Shown: positions 1-10,205, numbered from the stretch's first letter. The stretch is 64,000 bases of DNA from an uncultured Acidimicrobiaceae bacterium (GCA_964551835.1 CAZKEM010000094.1:12868-76867), one strand, 5' to 3'. Notes: generated by a model from the sequence alone, not told the origin. Numbers and translations are program-made.

Positions 1-212
1 GTTGGTCAATGGAGTCGAAGCGCGTTGCCCGGCTCTTTGGGATGGGAAAGCGGGCGCCCGAGTAGCTGAAGCGGTAATCGGATTCTCAGTCGAAATTCAC
101 GACCTAACAGAGGAACTTGTTGCATGACAGTCGACAAAGCGGGCGAGAGGTCTTCCCCACACCGAAAAGGCTGCTGTGGAACTCTCTCAGGTGGAGAGAT
201 GGAACCTGAAGT

Positions 213-1955
213 ATGAGCGAGAATCTTAGGCTCTTAAAGCGTAGCTTCGAACTGATCGACCGGTCGCTTCAAATACGACTTGGAGCCTTGGCAGTTGTTG
301 CTTTAGTGATCTCGGGCCTCGACGCTCTCGGCGTGTTGCTTATGTTGCCACTGGCGAAAGTCGTTGGCAACGGCGAAGAATCGATCGACCTTCCCCTTTG
401 GGAGTCTGCAAGCCCAACTGCTTTGCTTGGGGCGAGCGTCGGATTGTTTATCGGAAAGTCCGTAGCTACGGCAGTGTTGCGTTGGTGGACTTTGGGTGTG
501 ACTCTTAGGTCGGGGAGTCGCGCCGCTACGAAAATGTTTGATCGCTATATGGCAGCGCCGGTTAGTTTTTATGACTCGCGGAATAGTGCAGACGCGGTTC
601 GAACAGTCATGGTTTCGGTCAGAAACTTTTTCCAACAAGGTGTTATTGGTGCGACTAACTTAATCGCCGAGTCTATTACTTTGGTCGTGTTGGTCATCGT
701 GTTACTCGTTCAGTCGCCAATCACAGGTTTGGTCGCTTTCGTATATTTTGGTTTAGCTATCATCTTTTTTGGTCGAGTAGTACAACGGAACACCACGCGT
801 CTTTCAACCGAGACTCAGAACTTGACTGCCGAGGGCATCCAGCTGGTTCAGGAAGGGCTCGGCGCGCTTACTGAGCTTCGGGTGAGGCAGACTACACGCT
901 ATGTGACTGGCCCGTTCGGTCAGAAGCAGGACGAGATCCAGAAGAGTAGACGTGTGGTCCTTTTCGCAGGAGAGCTAGCTCGCTATTATCTAGAAATTGT
1001 TTTTGTCGGTGCAGTGGGACTAGTCGCCGGCTCGGTGCTTCTCTTCTTCCCCTCGGACGAGTTTCTGCCAACCCTGGCTTTGTTTCTTGTGGTCGGCTTT
1101 CGGGCGTTGCCAAGCATTTCTCGTCTCTTGGTGGCGGCAAACAGTGTTCGTGTGGGGCGATCATCTCTTGGAATTGTCTGCGAAGACCTCGACGCAATGA
1201 AAGCCGCCGGTCGAGAAGAATCTTCGTTGGAGAAAGTGGCGGTTCCTGGTCCGGCTCGTCTCTTGGTAGACAATATAGATTTTGCTTATAGCAGTGAGCT
1301 GGTGCTAGATGGGATCTCAATCGATTTAGAACCGGGTGGTTCACTTGGTTTGCTTGGGTCTTCAGGGTCCGGGAAATCAACCCTGCTCGAAATAATTTGT
1401 GGTTTACGTAGTCCAAGTGGAGGAAAGGTTGACGTTAGGCCAGAAGGCGCACAAGAGTCTGAAACTGCCAGCATCGGATATGTTCCGCAGAGCGTGTTCA
1501 CCATCGATTGCACGGTCTTCGAGAACGTAACACTAGGCCGGGAAGCCACGGAAGAGCAAGTTTGGGAGGCTCTGGAGACTGCGTGTGCCGCCGACTTTGT
1601 TCGAGCTCTCCCCCAGGGTTTGTTGACTAACGTCGGGGAGTCGGGGACGCTGTTGTCCGGCGGGCAGCGTCAGAGACTGGGACTGGCACGGGCATGTTTA
1701 ACCAGACCTGGCCTTCTGATTCTGGATGAAGCAACTTCGGCGCTCGATTCTGAAACCGAGGCAAGCGTTGTGTGTTCGCTTAATCAGCTCCGTGAACATA
1801 CATCTTTGGTCGTGGTCACCCATCGTCCGTCTACGCTCAGATTTTGCGATTCAGTCCTTGAGATCTCTGACGGCAGAGCCCAAAAGGTAACAGCCGATGT
1901 CGAAACAATTGACCTTGAGGAAACCGAGGCTCGGAGGGAGGTCACCTCTCGGTGA
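213..1955 (+). CDS. ABC transporter, fused permease/ATPase (MsbA/PglK-type exporter)
   Basis: 580-aa ORF. The N-terminal ~300 aa are hydrophobic (about 6 TM). The C-terminal NBD has Walker A 'GSSGSGKST', signature 'LSGGQRQR', Walker B 'LLILDEATSALD' and H-loop 'VVVTHR'. Confidence 0.85.
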   Translation: MSENLRLLKRSFELIDRSLQIRLGALAVVALVISGLDALGVLLMLPLAKVVGNGEESIDLPLWESASPTALLGASVGLFIGKSVATAVLRWWTLGVTLRSGSRAATKMFDRYMAAPVSFYDSRNSADAVRTVMVSVRNFFQQGVIGATNLIAESITLVVLVIVLLVQSPITGLVAFVYFGLAIIFFGRVVQRNTTRLSTETQNLTAEGIQLVQEGLGALTELRVRQTTRYVTGPFGQKQDEIQKSRRVVLFAGELARYYLEIVFVGAVGLVAGSVLLFFPSDEFLPTLALFLVVGFRALPSISRLLVAANSVRVGRSSLGIVCEDLDAMKAAGREESSLEKVAVPGPARLLVDNIDFAYSSELVLDGISIDLEPGGSLGLLGSSGSGKSTLLEIICGLRSPSGGKVDVRPEGAQESETASIGYVPQSVFTIDCTVFENVTLGREATEEQVWEALETACAADFVRALPQGLLTNVGESGTLLSGGQRQRLGLARACLTRPGLLILDEATSALDSETEASVVCSLNQLREHTSLVVVTHRPSTLRFCDSVLEISDGRAQKVTADVETIDLEETEARREVTSR

Positions 1956-3232
1956 CTACGATACTGATAGTTGCCTCAGTGCTCGCTGGCGGTGTGCTGA
2001 TCTACGCCAGGAATGCACGAGCGTCGCTAATCGTACTTCTGATCGTAACGGCGCTTCTTTCAGGCTCGGAAAATGAGACTGTCAATTTTGTTGGGATACA
2101 GGTTCGACGGCTTTGTATAGTCTTTCTAGCCTTACTCGTCTTAAGGAACAAGAGTAGGCTGCCTAAGTCGGTAGTTTGCCTAATTGGTGCATCGCTAGTC
2201 GGTATCTCCGGTCTTCTGCAGGCCGACGCTCCGGAGTCTGGTCCCACGTTATTGGCTTCAACTTTTCTCTTGCATCTTCCTGCAGCGATCACGATCCGTA
2301 GTTGGGTAGTTGAGCCCGGAAACAAAGAGAAAATCGGAAGAATCTTCATCTTTGCAGCGTCGATTCATGGCTTGTTGACAGCGGTCTATCTGAGAGATTT
2401 TACCGGCGAAACTAGGTTCGCGGGGGCTGGGTCTAACGCTCCGTTATTCGCATTTGCGGGCGGCGCCTTGCTGTCGGCTCTCCTCTGGGGTTTGTTCTAC
2501 GAGAAGGGACAAACCAAGCTGGTGTGCATCCCGCTACTGCCAATCACGATTTTGCTCACCCTTCTTGGGGCCCAGCGTTCGGGTTTGCTTTCGCTAGGAG
2601 CGGCCGTGATTCCCTTCTTGGCGTTGGGCTTGATCCGTTACCCGATGAAGATGTTGAAGATAGTATCCGGATCTATTGTCACGGTTTGGCTAGTCGTTTC
2701 AAATTCGACGCTGTTCGATTTTGCGTTTGAACGTTTTTCTACGCTCGACTCGAACGGGCGAGACGAACGATGGAACTCAGCCTGGGAGCTGATCAGGCAA
2801 CGTCCGGTTTCAGGATGGGGCCCCGGGTCTAGGGAGGAAGTCGGGTTTGGTGTCCACAATTCCTTCGTTTCGATCTGGTTGGAGCTCGGGATAGTCGGTC
2901 TCATACTCTGGGTAGCTGCGATAGTGATTGCCTTAAACAGCTGTCTCAAGGTGTTGTCACGTTATAAGTCTGACGGTGAAGGAGTGGCCCTTCTATCGCT
3001 GAGTTGGTTATCGGTTTGTGTGGCCTTTGCCCAGGTAGAGGACAAGCTATATCGTCCGTCTAATCTTCCTGCAGTTGTCTTCCTCTTGGCTCTGCTTACC
3101 GCCTCAGTCGTAGCGGATCATAGAAACGTTGCGTTGGGGCGGCATCTGTCGCGTGTCGGAGGTGCATGGTCCAGCCGCCACCGAAATTGGGCTCTACCGG
3201 TCGGCCAGTTTCGGCAAGAAGCGAAGCAATGA
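1952..3232 (+). CDS. Wzy_C / O-antigen-ligase-like polytopic membrane protein (polymerase, ligase or O-oligosaccharyltransferase type)
   Basis: 426-aa ORF whose GTG start overlaps the upstream stop by 4 nt (GTGA). It has many hydrophobic segments. The loop 'RWNSAWELIRQRPVSGWGPGS...GVHNSFVSIWLELGIVGLILW' resembles the Wzy_C domain pattern. Confidence 0.7.
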   Translation: MTTILIVASVLAGGVLIYARNARASLIVLLIVTALLSGSENETVNFVGIQVRRLCIVFLALLVLRNKSRLPKSVVCLIGASLVGISGLLQADAPESGPTLLASTFLLHLPAAITIRSWVVEPGNKEKIGRIFIFAASIHGLLTAVYLRDFTGETRFAGAGSNAPLFAFAGGALLSALLWGLFYEKGQTKLVCIPLLPITILLTLLGAQRSGLLSLGAAVIPFLALGLIRYPMKMLKIVSGSIVTVWLVVSNSTLFDFAFERFSTLDSNGRDERWNSAWELIRQRPVSGWGPGSREEVGFGVHNSFVSIWLELGIVGLILWVAAIVIALNSCLKVLSRYKSDGEGVALLSLSWLSVCVAFAQVEDKLYRPSNLPAVVFLLALLTASVVADHRNVALGRHLSRVGGAWSSRHRNWALPVGQFRQEAKQ

Positions 3233-3289
3233 GGGCTTGTTTCGAAGATGCGATACATCTGTGTACGCGGAGCCTAGAAGTAACTGTCA

Positions 3290-4420
3290 GTGACTAAGCC
3301 GGCGATCGTCTTTGTAACGACCATCTTCGAGCCTGTTCGTAATGGCCCAGCTATCTATGTGCAGTACCTGTACGACCACTTTGCCGACTCTCCAGACTTC
3401 GACTTTCACGTCGTCACTTGTGGAGCGGTAAAAGCAAGGCCTAACTTGCATCGTGTCGAGCTCGGGCGAAATTCGTTGGAGACCTACCGGCGGCTGCAGC
3501 GCTCTGCCCTTGACCTGGCCGAGAAGCTTGGACCAGGCACGATTGTTCACGGCAATGTCGCACATACGATGTGGATGTTCAGGAAGTACTCGGGGCCGCT
3601 CGTCGTGCAGGTAAATGACTACGACAACGCTACGGCTCTGAGCAGATGGTTCTGGCATCTCAGGCAACGGCAGTTAAGACGTTTGTTGGTGATGGGCTGG
3701 CGGAAACGAAATGAACGCCGTGTTCTAACTGCTGCTGACGCGGTGATATATAACTCGAAACATACGGCGAGAGAGGTTATGAATCGGTACGGCTTGAAGG
3801 GGGACAAGCATCAAGTTATTTACAAGGCGGTAGATACCTCCCACTTTGCTCGACCTAAAGACAAGAAGTCCCCGGCCTACACGTCACCTCGTCTGGTGTT
3901 TGTTGGCAGCAACTGGCGAATCAAGGGCTTTGATTCTTTGGTACGTGCTCTTGCGATCTTAAAGAAGACGTTCCCAAATGTTGTCCTCGATGCTGTTGGG
4001 CTTGAGATGATCGATCTTTCGGATCAGTTAAAGCAAGAAATTGAAGAAATAGGCGTGTCTGACAATATTCAATTTTCTGGGGTCGTGGAGCGAGAGCAAT
4101 TGCCGCACCACTTTTGGAACGCTGATGTATCACTTCTTCCGAGCGTCAGTGAGGCACTGGGTGTTTCTGTTCTTGAGTCTTTAGCCGCTGGTACACCGGC
4201 CGTGGCTAGTCGAGTTGGTGGAATCCCAGAGATTATCGATGGAAGCGGATGCGGCGTCTTGGTCGAACCCAATTCGCCGAAGGCGTTGGCTGAAGGCATA
4301 TCTGGTGTGTTGAACGGTGACTTTAGAAGGGTCCGACATGATGGTCCCAACCGAGCAAAGGTATTCAGCTTGGACCGAATGGTATCTCAAGTGGCTGATG
4401 TCTATTCGAACTTGGGCTAG
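3290..4420 (+). CDS. glycosyltransferase family 4 (GT-B)
   Basis: 376-aa ORF with the C-terminal motif 'SVSEALGVSVLESLAAGTPAVASRVGGIPEIID' (E-x7-E type). Confidence 0.8.
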   Translation: MTKPAIVFVTTIFEPVRNGPAIYVQYLYDHFADSPDFDFHVVTCGAVKARPNLHRVELGRNSLETYRRLQRSALDLAEKLGPGTIVHGNVAHTMWMFRKYSGPLVVQVNDYDNATALSRWFWHLRQRQLRRLLVMGWRKRNERRVLTAADAVIYNSKHTAREVMNRYGLKGDKHQVIYKAVDTSHFARPKDKKSPAYTSPRLVFVGSNWRIKGFDSLVRALAILKKTFPNVVLDAVGLEMIDLSDQLKQEIEEIGVSDNIQFSGVVEREQLPHHFWNADVSLLPSVSEALGVSVLESLAAGTPAVASRVGGIPEIIDGSGCGVLVEPNSPKALAEGISGVLNGDFRRVRHDGPNRAKVFSLDRMVSQVADVYSNLG

Positions 4421-4487
4421 TCAGGCTATGGCGAACTCATTTTATCGAAGGCCCACACCGGGACAGGTCCAATAGCGGAGAGCAGCC

Positions 4488-5591
4488 CTAAGCTCGTATC
4501 TTGCTTAAAGGGCCACTTGAGAAGTCATCACCTTGCTCGCTTCCAATTGTCGTAGCCAGTCGTTCCGAAAGCGAGTCCACGGTCCACAGTTGGCCGATTC
4601 GTTTAGAGGCTTCGCTCATTGAATGCCTGAGTTCACTATCTTCGACAAGAGCTGCGAGGTAACGTCGCAGCTCTCCTTCATCGTCGAAGATGTAGCCGTT
4701 AGATTTGTTCTCCACTAGATTGTCTGCTCCTGCTCGTACGTGGCGGCTAACAACACATGGAAGACCTGCGATTACGGCGTGGTTGAGCGTTACGCCCCAC
4801 CCGTCGTAGTGCGACGGCATTGCGAAGATGTCTGCAGCAGCGTACTCGCTCGCCAACCGATCAGGACTACAGTTTCCTGGAAGGGTGAGTGAAACTCCGG
4901 CCGTCTTTGCGATAGATTCGAGCTCGTTACGTAGCGGTCCCGAACCACATATTCGCACCTCAACCTTCGTGCGTAGCTCTTCGTTGCTGCACGCCCGTAT
5001 GAGCGCCGCATGGTTCTTCCGACCGATTAGCTGGCCAACGGAAAGGATCCGCGCTCGGTCGCCGTCTGGCTTCGTCCCGTTGTCGATCTCTAAGTCCAAG
5101 GTTTTTTCCGCAAACCCGAACTTATGAATAGATGGCTTGGTGATTCCGGCTGTTCTGAAATCGTCGGCAGCTCCGTCGCCTATTGCGAGGAGTGTTACGG
5201 CTGATGAATTGTAGAATTTTGCAAGCAGCTTGAGCTGATGGCTCGGGTTGGACCGGAAGCCCTCGGATGCAAGCCAGATATGGCGCTTCGCTAGGCGTGC
5301 CATACGGTGACACAGGAGCATACGAATTCTTGGTGTTGCCATGCCAAGCTGGACGACAATTTCCGCCCGGCGGAGCTGGCTTGCCAGATGAAGCCATGCT
5401 TTAGCTGTTCGGTCGAGGCGGTGGACTCCCAACCCTTGCTGCCAACCGAGTTCTGTGCGCTGGGGCGGAAGTGAATCGAAGGCGTAAACGTCGCAAGTCG
5501 CATTCAACTTCTCGCACGAGCTGTGGATGACGTCAAGCAGGTGCGGGTTTGGGTATGGGCAGATTACAAGGACTTTGCTTTTTGTAGGCAC
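4488..5591 (-). CDS. glycosyltransferase family 4-like (GT-B)
   Basis: 367-aa ORF with the donor-binding region 'PSHYDGWGVTLNHAVIAGLPCVVSRHVRAGADNLV'. Convergent with 3290..4420. Confidence 0.7.
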   Translation of the reverse strand: MPTKSKVLVICPYPNPHLLDVIHSSCEKLNATCDVYAFDSLPPQRTELGWQQGLGVHRLDRTAKAWLHLASQLRRAEIVVQLGMATPRIRMLLCHRMARLAKRHIWLASEGFRSNPSHQLKLLAKFYNSSAVTLLAIGDGAADDFRTAGITKPSIHKFGFAEKTLDLEIDNGTKPDGDRARILSVGQLIGRKNHAALIRACSNEELRTKVEVRICGSGPLRNELESIAKTAGVSLTLPGNCSPDRLASEYAAADIFAMPSHYDGWGVTLNHAVIAGLPCVVSRHVRAGADNLVENKSNGYIFDDEGELRRYLAALVEDSELRHSMSEASKRIGQLWTVDSLSERLATTIGSEQGDDFSSGPLSKIRA

Positions 5592-5598
5592 GTCCAGC

Positions 5599-6135
5599 TC
5601 AGCGCTCTAGGTAGTGAGAGTGTGTTTCGCCCGCTTCTAGGTGGCTTAGGACTTGAGCGGGGACGCCAGCGATAACCGACCCATCGGGGAATGACTTCGT
5701 GACGACGGACCCGGCGCCTACGACGCAGTTGTCGCCGAGTTCGATGTCGCCAACTAAGACTGACCCCGCTCCGACAGCTACGTTGTTGCCGAGCCTAGGT
5801 ACGCCGGGTGATCCTGACTTGCGTCCCAACGTGACGTTCTGGGAAATAAGACAGCGGTCGCCTATGACGCTTTTGGAGTGAATTACGACGCCTAAACCCC
5901 AGTAGCCGAGAGTGAATTCCTTTCCGATCGTTGCGGTGCTCGGCAGGGCACATGAGAAGGCCAGCCGATTTATGATACTGATGATCTTAGGTAGGACGGG
6001 AACGCGAGAGCTATGAAGGGCGTGTCCCAAACGGTATAGCAAGACCGGAGGGGAGATAGACGGCCGGTTTGCCTTTCGTCTATCAGGGTTGTCCGAGAGG
6101 TCTATGTCAGGCGAACTGGCGGCGTTTGTTGTCAT
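5599..6135 (-). CDS. hexapeptide-repeat (left-handed beta-helix) O-acetyltransferase, serine-acetyltransferase-like
   Basis: 178-aa ORF with tandem hexapeptide repeats 'IGDRCLISQNVTLG...LGNNVAVGAGSVLVGDIELGDNCVVGAGSVVTKSF'. Confidence 0.75.
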   Translation of the reverse strand: MTTNAASSPDIDLSDNPDRRKANRPSISPPVLLYRLGHALHSSRVPVLPKIISIINRLAFSCALPSTATIGKEFTLGYWGLGVVIHSKSVIGDRCLISQNVTLGRKSGSPGVPRLGNNVAVGAGSVLVGDIELGDNCVVGAGSVVTKSFPDGSVIAGVPAQVLSHLEAGETHSHYLER

Positions 6136-6714
6136 CTTCTCCTCACAATTCCTAGCTCAACGTTGAACTGGTCTAGTAATAATCGGCTGTCTTTTACCTG
6201 TTCCGGTAAGACATGAACTTAGGCCCTAGGCGCAGGGACATGATCAATATCAGGTAGTGATTAAGTCGAACGTCTTTGTTCCCACTAGGCCTGATGCTTT
6301 CTCTGCAACAGCGACGTCGATACGATTATTGGCCACTATCGACATCTCCGAGTTGTCAGATTAGCAAACATCGAGCGCCTAAACTTCGAACCAAGAATAT
6401 TCGGCAAACGGGCCGTAGTGGTCGAAGCGTTCCTTCCGGAACTAGGGATGTAGAAGGCTCGACCCGACCCTCTTGTCCACCACCCGGGCACCGAGGTATC
6501 GGAGCTCTTTCGACAGTGCAGAGCTTCTTGAGCCATGAACGAAAAAGAACTGGTCTTTGGATGGTCGACTTCATACCCGAAGAGCCCCATGTGGTCCCTG
6601 GAAACATGTTGGGAGTGCGGTGTGTCGACCGACGTCAAGAACCGTGGGGACCGAAGATCACAGCATCTTGGTCGTTTGGTGTGCTGTGCCGGATCCTTGA
6701 AGCTCGGCAGTTCA

Positions 6715-7422
6715 TCAGTTCTTGACCAATGCTTCGATTTCATCGATTGACAAGTCTGACAAGACGGTCCTAAAGAACCGCTCGTTGGCTGTGACTTGTT
6801 CGTCTGGCCAATCCCACCACTTAGTCTTCAGCAGCCATTCCCGGATGTTCTCTGCGAACCTATGTTTGATTATCTTGGCTGGTACTCCGCCCACAATTGA
6901 ATAGGGTTCGACGTCTTTGACTACGACGGCGCCAGCAGCGATAATTGCCCCGTCTCCGATCGAGACACCCTTGAGGATTGTGCAGTTTCGTCCAATCCAG
7001 ACATCCGAACCGATCGATATTTCTTCGGTGGAAGAAGCATCGCCCCTGAAGATCGGTCCGAAATCCCCGAGGTTTGTCTGGTAGGTGGATGGGGTTTCAA
7101 TGGGGTGGTCAACTGCAAGGATTGTAAGTCCACCAGCAATTGAGCAGAAGCTTCCGATCTTAATCTTGGAGGGTCCAGATCTAATTACAGAAGGTCCGTT
7201 CACGAAGCTGGCCCGTCCAATCGTGACGTCGCCTGCGACAGCCACTCCGGCTCGTAAACTAGTCCCCTTTCCAAGCTTCACAGCATGTCCGACCCTGCAC
7301 TCGGGTGAGATTATGGAACTAGGGTAGCGTTTCTGAGTCTGTTCAAATGTAGATTGGCGATGAACAGAATCTGCGATCAAGGCTCTCAACCATCGGAAGC
7401 GTAACAAAGTCCTGGTGTTCAT
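6715..7422 (-). CDS. hexapeptide-repeat acetyltransferase, CatB/Vat (xenobiotic acetyltransferase)-like
   Basis: 235-aa ORF containing 'IGSDVWIGRNCTILKGVSIGDGAIIAAGAVVVKDVEPYSIVGGVPAKIIKHRF', followed by a C-terminal extension. Confidence 0.75.
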   Translation of the reverse strand: MNTRTLLRFRWLRALIADSVHRQSTFEQTQKRYPSSIISPECRVGHAVKLGKGTSLRAGVAVAGDVTIGRASFVNGPSVIRSGPSKIKIGSFCSIAGGLTILAVDHPIETPSTYQTNLGDFGPIFRGDASSTEEISIGSDVWIGRNCTILKGVSIGDGAIIAAGAVVVKDVEPYSIVGGVPAKIIKHRFAENIREWLLKTKWWDWPDEQVTANERFFRTVLSDLSIDEIEALVKN

Positions 7423-7438
7423 TGCGCAGACCCGCCCT

Positions 7439-8500
7439 TCATGTGAGCCATAGCCTCACTTCGGCGTATTGCTGTTTGGCCAGATACTGGTATTCTCTGA
7501 GATCAGTAGTTTCTATTTGAGTTGTCACTCTGCTAGCAGCCTTGGTCAGTTCGGCGACCGAAAAGTCGATATCGATGTAGCTCGAATTGCCGACTATCGC
7601 GCAGGCATCCGGAACCTTGGGGTGCACATTTATACCAAGGCTCGGTATGCCCGTAAGCCCCGCAACGTAGATCCCATGCATACGTGCTGAGACTACGAGA
7701 TTGTGCGTGCTGAAAAGATCGAAGACTTCAGTGGTCGTCATAGTATCCGGGTCCCACATACGAGTTTCAAGGCCCAGGGACCGATATATCTCCATAACCG
7801 GTTCATCATGAGACGACTGAAAACCAAAAACCAATATCTCTGAATCTGTCTCACTTCGGTGTTTGGCCCATTTCGCGACGCGCAGGTTGTATTCGTCCCC
7901 ACCAGAACCATGAGGAAACACTCTTGGGCATATCAGGATCTTGTTAGATGATTCGATCGAAGAGGCGCAAGGACGCAGGCCTCTCAATAGAGAAAGATCG
8001 CAACCCCGGAAGGGGGTCTTCCCGAAGGGCGGTTGGTTCATAAAAACAAACGATTCTTCGTCGCGAACTGCGAGGAGTGAAAAAGTAGATAGCCGATATC
8101 GAGCGACCAAGCGGGAGCGCCAGTTGGTGAACGGTCCAAGTCCGAGTCCGATGGCTCCAAACTTGACGCCCTTAACTTTCGGATGTCTGTAGTTGAGGCT
8201 GATTGAGACTAGTTGCCGTCCAAGTTGGCGAATGCCGAGTTCAGCGTAGTCGAAGAATACCCCGCCTCCGAAGTATAAAACGCGGTCAAATTCCTGGAAT
8301 AGAGAGCGGCCGATCTTCCGGCTAATCACGATCTCGGCTTCTGGGAACCAGCTCTTCAGATAGTCAGAGCCGGTGCCCTCAGCGTTGCTCCAAATTGTCA
8401 GTTCACAAGACGCACCCAGTTCTTCATACGCCTGCTCAAGTAGTAAGTCATCTCCGAAGTTTCTGTGGCCAGAATAGCCGACCAGTAGCACCCGCGTCAT
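7439..8500 (-). CDS. polysaccharide pyruvyl transferase (CsaB/WcaK family)
   Basis: 353-aa ORF. N-terminal 'VLLVGYSGHRNFGDDLLL' and C-terminal 'VVSARMHGIYVAGLTGIPSLGI' fit the PS_pyruv_trans pattern. Confidence 0.7.
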   Translation of the reverse strand: MTRVLLVGYSGHRNFGDDLLLEQAYEELGASCELTIWSNAEGTGSDYLKSWFPEAEIVISRKIGRSLFQEFDRVLYFGGGVFFDYAELGIRQLGRQLVSISLNYRHPKVKGVKFGAIGLGLGPFTNWRSRLVARYRLSTFSLLAVRDEESFVFMNQPPFGKTPFRGCDLSLLRGLRPCASSIESSNKILICPRVFPHGSGGDEYNLRVAKWAKHRSETDSEILVFGFQSSHDEPVMEIYRSLGLETRMWDPDTMTTTEVFDLFSTHNLVVSARMHGIYVAGLTGIPSLGINVHPKVPDACAIVGNSSYIDIDFSVAELTKAASRVTTQIETTDLREYQYLAKQQYAEVRLWLT

Positions 8501-9618
8501 TTGCTCTGACTTCCTGCTGTGGTGGACTGTGAGTCGTCTTCAGAATGCCGGAGGACCTCTTCGAATAGATGGATGAACTCAGTGGCTAGGCCTGTCCAAG
8601 TGTCGCGGAGTCGGATCTCTTCGATCGCCAGCAGCCGTTTTGTTCGTTGTTCTAGCCCGAACTCGAATGCTGGGTTTATCGCTTGATCCAGATGTCCAGG
8701 CTCGTAGATTATTGAGTTCCACGGAAGCGCTGCCTCCGGGAGGCCTCCTAGTCTCGGCATTAAAATTGGTAGACCGAAACTTTGCATCAATGCTACAGAG
8801 CTTGAGTTATTGGCAGTTAAAAACGGGGTGATTCCAACATCGGCGGCGTTCATGAATACTTGGACGTCGTCTTTTGGGATTCGTTCAAAGAACGTTCTCA
8901 GCCTCGCCGGATCTCGATCTGCCAAAGCTTGAATGCGGGCAGCTTCTTCTTGGTCAAATGGTGGCCCCACGATCATCAATATGGTGTCGTTCGCCGCTGT
9001 GTGGAGAAATTTCTCGGCTAGATGGGCGTAGCCCTTGTACGGTCTGATATTTCCGAAACAGATCGCAACTGAGGTTGACTGGTTGTCGATACCTAAACGT
9101 TGTCGAGCGGAAACTTGGTTGGTTGTGTTGTCGTATTCATCGATCACATTCCCCTCACGAGTAATGACGTTGGGAAGTTGTTCGATTGTTGGATGGCGCA
9201 AGTTCCAAGCGTGCCTTCCGGCTTCGGAGAAATGGATGAAGCCTGACATTCGGGCTACGAGCTTCTGTTCCGAAGACCAGTCGAGGAACCGCGACACCGG
9301 TGGTTCATGGGGGTCGATATTGTGGACAGTCCATACCATCGGAATCTTGATCTTGCGGAGATCATAGATCATCCGCAAATGCTTGGCCGTGGTTGCCGTG
9401 AGCGATCGCCCACGGTAGACGCCCGTCATCCAGTCGCAGCTGACTATGTCAAGGTGATCTAACGAAGTAAGAGCTTCAAGGCCACCGAGTCGACTCTTGC
9501 GTTCGATCAACGTGACCTCGCACCCTTGCTGATTAAGGTTCTCTCGGACAATTCGTTGATATGGATTTTCTTCGCCGCCGAAAGGGAAGATGCCGACGCG
9601 AATTGGGGACGATCTCAT
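8497..9618 (-). CDS. GT-B fold glycosyltransferase (GT4-like, divergent)
   Basis: 373-aa ORF with a 4-nt overlap with the downstream gene. 'FGNIRPYKG' and 'SSSVALMQSFGLPILMPRLGGLPE' occupy the positions of GT4 motifs, but the acidic residue is not conserved. Confidence 0.55.
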   Translation of the reverse strand: MRSSPIRVGIFPFGGEENPYQRIVRENLNQQGCEVTLIERKSRLGGLEALTSLDHLDIVSCDWMTGVYRGRSLTATTAKHLRMIYDLRKIKIPMVWTVHNIDPHEPPVSRFLDWSSEQKLVARMSGFIHFSEAGRHAWNLRHPTIEQLPNVITREGNVIDEYDNTTNQVSARQRLGIDNQSTSVAICFGNIRPYKGYAHLAEKFLHTAANDTILMIVGPPFDQEEAARIQALADRDPARLRTFFERIPKDDVQVFMNAADVGITPFLTANNSSSVALMQSFGLPILMPRLGGLPEAALPWNSIIYEPGHLDQAINPAFEFGLEQRTKRLLAIEEIRLRDTWTGLATEFIHLFEEVLRHSEDDSQSTTAGSQSK

Positions 9619-10205
9619 CTGAATCGCCCGCCAAACGAAAGTCGATACTCAAGTGCGTTGTCCCGTCTCCCGATGGTTTTAGCAGGAATTCCCGCGACAA
9701 TCTCGTTGTCGCCGACATCGCTTGTTACCACCGATCCTGAACCGACGACAGCGCCGCGTCCGATCGTGACACCAGGGAGAATCGTGGCTCTCGACGCGAT
9801 CCATACGTGATCCCGTATGACGACCGGTTTGCCTTTGACTCCATGTGATGGTGAGTTTGGATCGTGTTCGAGAGTCCAAATATGGCAGCCGGGTGCTATG
9901 TCTACATCGGATTCGATTGTTAGCCCGCTACGGCCATCCAGATAACAATCAGGTCCGATCACGGTTCTGTCACCTATTGCTATTCCCTGTGGCTCGAGCA
10001 ACCTTACTCTGAGACAAACTGAAGAAGAACTTCCCAGATTTCCGAGTATCCGCTTCAGCCATATCCGTCGAACTCGTCGGCTCGGTACGCTCGTTACGGC
10101 TACGTTAAAGAGGTCGCGGCCAGCCACCTTTTGGAGTCCAGTTCGGAGTCTGCTCAAGGCGTGGCTCCGGTCCATTGTTGGTTGGAGATATGATCTGGCT
10201 TCCAA
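9615..10205 (-). CDS. hexapeptide-repeat acetyltransferase (WcaF / maltose O-acetyltransferase-like)
   Basis: 196-aa ORF containing 'VWIASRATILPGVTIGRGAVVGSGSVVTSDVGDNEIVAGIPAKTIGRR'. The start is uncertain; an alternative ATG lies at 10175. Confidence 0.75.
   Translation of the reverse strand: MEARSYLQPTMDRSHALSRLRTGLQKVAGRDLFNVAVTSVPSRRVRRIWLKRILGNLGSSSSVCLRVRLLEPQGIAIGDRTVIGPDCYLDGRSGLTIESDVDIAPGCHIWTLEHDPNSPSHGVKGKPVVIRDHVWIASRATILPGVTIGRGAVVGSGSVVTSDVGDNEIVAGIPAKTIGRRDNALEYRLSFGGRFR

Noticed and set aside
2-127. Open frame running in from the left edge and ending at TGA 125..127 ('...ARVAEAVIGFSVEIHDLTEELVA')
   Set aside because: It may be the 3' end of a truncated upstream gene, but 41 codons with no motif is too little to call.
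6276-6750. ORFs of 71-149 aa in the 6136..6714 gap as real genes
   Set aside because: They overlap one another on both strands, lack ribosome-binding sites and motifs, and have an Arg/Ser/Pro-rich composition. They are reported only as a possible decayed region.
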